The notes under the pieces: model-generated
Database searches by the model: none
What the model saw: only the letters and a program-made list of their open reading frames with translations
Told to the model about the DNA's origin: nothing
Translations under genes and position numbers: made by a program
Shown: piece by piece, positions 60,115 through 64,000 of the stretch
How the letters are laid out: every line of letters begins with the position of its first letter
Numbering within the stretch: position 1 is the first letter of the stretch
Assembly (NCBI GenBank): GCA_964474425.1
Contig: CAYYTC010000022.1
Span: forward strand, 1,486 to 65,485
Origin: an uncultured Acidobacteriota bacterium
GTDB lineage: Bacteria; Acidobacteriota; UBA6911
Direction of reading: 5' to 3'
DNA length: 64,000 bases

Positions 60115-62424
60115 ATGAACATCGCAATCCGGGGAGCCGTCCAGGGGGTCGGATTCAGGCCTTTTGTGTACAGGCTGGCCACGGAAATGAATCTTCCGGG
60201 CTGGGTGCTCAATTCGCCGCAGGGGGTTTTCATCGAAGTCGAGGGCAACGCGGACGCTCTGAAATCATTCCTGCTAAGGCTGCAGCGAGAGAAGCCTTCG
60301 CCTTCCTTTATTCAGAGCCTGGAGTTTTCGTTCCTCGATCCGGTCCCTTTCGTCAGGTTCGAGATACGGACCAGCGATCAGAAAGGGACAGCCGTTGCGC
60401 TGATCCTGCCCGACATAGCCACCTGCGCGGAATGCATGTCGGAAGTGTTCGATCCTACCAACCGGCGATACCGCTATCCGTTCACGAACTGCACTCATTG
60501 TGGCCCCCGTTTTTCGATCATAGAATCGCTTCCCTACGACCGTCCGAATACTTCGATGAAGTCCTTCGAAATGTGCGCGGAATGCCGGAGGGAATACGAA
60601 AACCCCGAAGACCGCCGCTTCCATGCACAGCCGAATGCATGCCCGGCCTGCGGACCTGTTTTGCAGCTGTGGGATCCCTCAGGCAAAGCCCTTTCCAGCC
60701 GCCACGACGCCCTGGTGCAGGCGGCCGAAGGCATTCGAGAGGGAAAAATTATCGCCCTGAAAGGGCTTGGAGGATTTCAGCTGCTGGCCGACGCGCGCAA
60801 TGCAGAAACCGTGGAAGCACTGCGTCTCAGGAAACGCCGCGAGGAAAAGCCCTTTGCACTGATGTACCCGTCCCTTGAAGCCGTACGCGCCGACTGCGCG
60901 GTCTCGGAGCTGGAAGCCAGACTGTTGGCTGCGCCCGAATCTCCGATAGTTCTCCTCAGCCGAAGACAGGACAGTTTGCAGCCGACTATCTCCACTGCGG
61001 TAGCTCCCGGCAATCCCTGCCTGGGTGTCATGCTCCCCTATACGCCGCTGCACCACCTGCTAATGAGAGAGCTCGGCTTCCCTGTGATCGCAACAAGCGG
61101 CAACCTCTCCGACGAGCCGATCTGCATTGATGAGCATGAAGCGCTCGTCAGGCTAAAGGACATGGCCGATCTTTTCCTTGTCCATAACCGGCCCATTGTC
61201 CGGCACGTGGACGATTCCATAGTCAGAATTATCCGGGGCCGGGAACTCGTCTTGAGGCGCGCGCGCGGATATGCCCCGCTGCCGATTTATTGCGAACAGG
61301 CGGCGCCCGGAATCCTGGCGGTCGGCGCGCATTTGAAGAACACCGTGGCTTTGACCGTGGGGAAGAACATATTTGTCAGCCAGCATATCGGAGATCTGGA
61401 AAACCGGGAGGCCGGAAGCGCGTTTCGCCGGGTCATCAGCGACTTCCGCCGCCTGTATCCGATCAAGCCTGCTCATATCGCCGCCGATCTGCATCCGGAC
61501 TATCTTTCGACCAGATTCGCCAGGGAAAGCGGGGTGCCGCTGGTTTCGATACAGCACCACTACGCCCACGTTGCCGCCTGCATGGCCGAAAACAGGATCC
61601 ATGGCCAAGTGCTGGGCGTGTCCTGGGACGGGACCGGCTATGGACCGGATGGAACTGTCTGGGGAGGTGAGTTCCTCCTGACGGATGAAACAGCCTTTCA
61701 TCGTGCGGCCACCTTTCGCAAATTCAGGCTGCCGGGCAGCGCATCGGCGATCCGGGAGCCCAGGCGGACAGCTCTCGGGCTGCTCTTTGAAATGATGGGA
61801 TCAAGCATCTTCCAAAAAAGGGATTCCGATCCGGTCCGCGCATTCCGCGACTCCGAAATTCCCGTACTTTTACGGATGCTGCAAAATGGGATTCATTCCC
61901 CCTGGACCACGAGCGCCGGCCGTCTGTTCGATGCAATTGCCTCCATTGCCGGGCTGCGGCAGCGGATCCGATTCGAAGGACAGGCAGCCATGGATCTGGA
62001 GTTCGCCATCGGCTCCGAAAAGACCGGGGAGTCGTATCCGTTTGCCATCTCGATACAGGCAGATCCGGAGCCGGGGAGCTTTCAGGCCGGGATGATCGTA
62101 GACTGGGAACCCATGGTTCACGCGATTCTCCGCGAAGTCCGGGATGAAATACCCCTGGCGCGGATATCCAGAAAATTCCACAATACTCTTGTGGAGATCA
62201 TCGTAGAGGTTGCCCGGCGCATCGCCGAAAATCGAGTGGTCCTTACGGGAGGATGTTTTCAGAACAGGTTTTTAATCGAGCATTCGGTCGAGAGGCTGGA
62301 AGCGGAGGGATTCAAGCCCTATTGGCACCAGAGGATTCCGCCGAACGACGGCGGGATTGCGCTGGGCCAGGCTGCCGCCGCCGCCCGTTTTCTGGGAAAA
62401 GAAGCGGAGGATCGAGGGACTTAA
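60115..62424 (+). CDS. hypF: Carbamoyltransferase HypF
   Basis: Acylphosphatase domain (IRGAVQGVGFRPFVY). Two Zn-finger CxxC pairs. YrdC-like and Kae1-like domains. Confidence 0.9.
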   Translation: MNIAIRGAVQGVGFRPFVYRLATEMNLPGWVLNSPQGVFIEVEGNADALKSFLLRLQREKPSPSFIQSLEFSFLDPVPFVRFEIRTSDQKGTAVALILPDIATCAECMSEVFDPTNRRYRYPFTNCTHCGPRFSIIESLPYDRPNTSMKSFEMCAECRREYENPEDRRFHAQPNACPACGPVLQLWDPSGKALSSRHDALVQAAEGIREGKIIALKGLGGFQLLADARNAETVEALRLRKRREEKPFALMYPSLEAVRADCAVSELEARLLAAPESPIVLLSRRQDSLQPTISTAVAPGNPCLGVMLPYTPLHHLLMRELGFPVIATSGNLSDEPICIDEHEALVRLKDMADLFLVHNRPIVRHVDDSIVRIIRGRELVLRRARGYAPLPIYCEQAAPGILAVGAHLKNTVALTVGKNIFVSQHIGDLENREAGSAFRRVISDFRRLYPIKPAHIAADLHPDYLSTRFARESGVPLVSIQHHYAHVAACMAENRIHGQVLGVSWDGTGYGPDGTVWGGEFLLTDETAFHRAATFRKFRLPGSASAIREPRRTALGLLFEMMGSSIFQKRDSDPVRAFRDSEIPVLLRMLQNGIHSPWTTSAGRLFDAIASIAGLRQRIRFEGQAAMDLEFAIGSEKTGESYPFAISIQADPEPGSFQAGMIVDWEPMVHAILREVRDEIPLARISRKFHNTLVEIIVEVARRIAENRVVLTGGCFQNRFLIEHSVERLEAEGFKPYWHQRIPPNDGGIALGQAAAAARFLGKEAEDRGT

Positions 62425-62519
62425 GGATCAAAGGATCAAAGGATCAGAGGATCAGAGGAGTGGAGGAGCAAGGGATAAACGAGTTGATTTCCCTTTGATC
62501 CTTTGCCCCTTTGATCCTT
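62423..62519. repeat. Octamer tandem repeat (GGATCARA)x4-5 plus an inverted partner (TTTGATCC units), forming a ~24-bp imperfect-stem hairpin between hypF and hypC
   Basis: aggatcaaaggatcaaaggatcagaggatcagagg begins at the hypF stop. ~30 nt later comes tttgatcctttgcccctttgatcc (reverse-complement units). The same octamer array occurs at 16213..16250. Confidence 0.7.
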
Positions 62520-62559
62520 CTCTGCGGTTTTTGTCAAAAGTAAAAGGGGGGATTAATAC

Positions 62560-62817
62560 ATGTGCCTGGCCGTTCCGGGAAAAATCATGAGCATCGAGGG
62601 TGAGGACCCCATATTCCGCTGCGGGAAAGTCAATTTCGGCGGGATCGTCAAACAGATCAATCTCGCCTATGTGCCCGAGGCCAAAATCGGCGATTACGTT
62701 CTCGTCCACGTGGGTTTCGCCATCAGCACGATAGACGAGGCGGAGGCGCAGGAGGTCTTCGAATACCTGCGGCAGATCGGGGAACTCGCGGAACTGGAAG
62801 AGAACCACACGCCATGA
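62560..62817 (+). CDS. hypC: Hydrogenase maturation factor HypC
   Basis: [10 protein letters not shown]-terminal signature. Confidence 0.85.
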   Translation: MCLAVPGKIMSIEGEDPIFRCGKVNFGGIVKQINLAYVPEAKIGDYVLVHVGFAISTIDEAEAQEVFEYLRQIGELAELEENHTP

Positions 62818-63905
62818 GATTCATTGACGAATATCGCGACGCGCGGGCAGCGCAGCAATATGCTCGAACCCTTAAGCGCATCACGACGAAACCCTGGACC
62901 CTAATGGAGGTGTGCGGCGGTCAGACACACGCGATCGTGAAGTTCGGTGTCGATGAGCTTCTGCCGCCCGAGGTGACTCTGGTTCATGGACCGGGCTGTC
63001 CCGTTTGCGTCACACCGGTGGAGCTGATCGAAAAGGCGATTGAGATCGCATCCCGTCCGAATGTTATATTCTGTTCCTTCGGGGATATGCTGCGCGTCCC
63101 GGGCCTGTCGAAGGATCTGCTGTCTGTGAAAGCCGCGGGGGGCGATGTACGCATCGTTTATTCACCCCTCGACGCCTTCAAGCTTGCCGTGGATCATCCC
63201 GAGCGCGAAGTGGTTTTTTTCGCGGTCGGGTTCGAGACCACTGCGCCCGCCAATGCCATGGCTGTGTTTCAGGCCAGCCGGAGTTCGGTGCGCAATTTCT
63301 CGCTCCTGGTCTCTCATGTTCTGGTACCTCCGGCCATGGAGGCAATCCTGTCTTTCCCCGACACCCGGGTTCAGGGCTTTCTGGCCGCCGGCCATGTCTG
63401 CGCGATAATGGGATTCACCGAATACGAGCCGATCGCCCAAAAGTATCGCGTGCCGATCGTGGTAACGGGATTCGAACCGCTGGACATCCTTCAGGGCATA
63501 TATATGTGCATTCGCCAGTTGGAAGAAGGACGCGCCGAGGTTGAGAATCAGTATTCCCGGTCAGTGCGCAGGGAAGGAAATCTCCCCGCCCAGAAACTGA
63601 TTCGCGAAGTGTTCCGGGTTGTGCCGCGCAAGTGGCGTGGAGTCGGGGAAATTCCGCAAAGCGGGCTGGGCTTGCAGGAAAAATACGCCGCATACGATGC
63701 CGAGGCGCGCTTCGGCATCGCCCACTATACGGCGGAAGAGCCTGCGGAATGCATGAGCGGACTGATCCTGCAGGGCATCCGTAAGCCCTTGGAATGCCCG
63801 GCCTTCGGCGTCCGCTGCACACCGGAGCATCCTCTCGGGGCAACCATGGTTTCGTCCGAGGGCGCCTGCGCGGCCTATTACCAATATCGAAGAAGAAAAA
63901 ACTGA
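62814..63905 (+). CDS. hypD: Hydrogenase maturation factor HypD
   Basis: HypD motifs (CGGQTHA; GPGCPVC; [10 protein letters not shown]). The start overlaps the hypC stop. Confidence 0.9.
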   Translation: MRFIDEYRDARAAQQYARTLKRITTKPWTLMEVCGGQTHAIVKFGVDELLPPEVTLVHGPGCPVCVTPVELIEKAIEIASRPNVIFCSFGDMLRVPGLSKDLLSVKAAGGDVRIVYSPLDAFKLAVDHPEREVVFFAVGFETTAPANAMAVFQASRSSVRNFSLLVSHVLVPPAMEAILSFPDTRVQGFLAAGHVCAIMGFTEYEPIAQKYRVPIVVTGFEPLDILQGIYMCIRQLEEGRAEVENQYSRSVRREGNLPAQKLIREVFRVVPRKWRGVGEIPQSGLGLQEKYAAYDAEARFGIAHYTAEEPAECMSGLILQGIRKPLECPAFGVRCTPEHPLGATMVSSEGACAAYYQYRRRKN

Positions 63906-63919
63906 CTCGAGTGAGACCC

Positions 63920-64000
63920 ATGGAATCAAAATCCGGCCCTGCTTTTGTCTGTCCTATCCCGATCGAGCAATATCCCAATGTGCTTCTGGCACATGGCGGA
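63920..64000 (+). CDS. hypE: Hydrogenase maturation factor HypE, N-terminal fragment (continues beyond the window)
   Basis: MESKSGPAFVCPIPIEQYPNVLLAHGG matches the HypE N-terminus (..LaHGgGG). Confidence 0.55.
   Translation, partial: MESKSGPAFVCPIPIEQYPNVLLAHGG

Noticed and set aside
62423-62519. CRISPR array
   Set aside because: The repeats are 8-bp tandem units with no spacers, and there are no cas genes. It is a microsatellite/hairpin, not CRISPR.

Overview
This is a high-GC (about 60%), gene-dense chromosomal window from a Gram-negative (diderm) bacterium. The gene content (TamB/Omp85, TolC, PilT, lipid-II genes, many secreted peptidases, TPR/VWA proteins) and style suggest an Acidobacteriota-like genome, but I cannot confirm that without a database search. 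I annotate about 50 protein-coding genes. The main blocks are: (i) a partial NarI/HdrD-like membrane Fe-S oxidoreductase plus an Isf flavoprotein; (ii) a single 2288-aa ORF that fuses a TamB-like (DUF490) protein in frame to a POTRA+Omp85 (TamA/BamA-like) beta-barrel; (iii) gcvP, pilT, and an anaerobic sulfatase maturase plus sulfatase pair; (iv) a bacterial topoisomerase VI B+A operon; (v) a murG(HEAT-fused)-mraY-murJ lipid-II module that sits away from any dcw cluster; (vi) a hypA-hypB-hypF-hypC-hypD-hypE(partial) [NiFe]-hydrogenase maturation operon at the window end; and (vii) many peptidases (PepF, M24, S58/DmpA, M23, M28). No rRNA, tRNA or CRISPR arrays were seen. The intergenic regions hold at least two families of structured repeats. 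One is a ~300-bp MITE-like element with 15-bp terminal inverted repeats and a TAATTA target-site duplication, and a second copy of the host element elsewhere in the window preserves the matching empty site. The other is a ~255-bp palindrome-rich element present in two or more copies, one of which carries a nested 24-bp-stem hairpin insertion. An octamer tandem repeat (GGATCARA)n occurs at two loci. The most novel-looking item is the single-polypeptide TamB-Omp85 fusion. All calls come from reading the translations and sequence by eye, without database searches.
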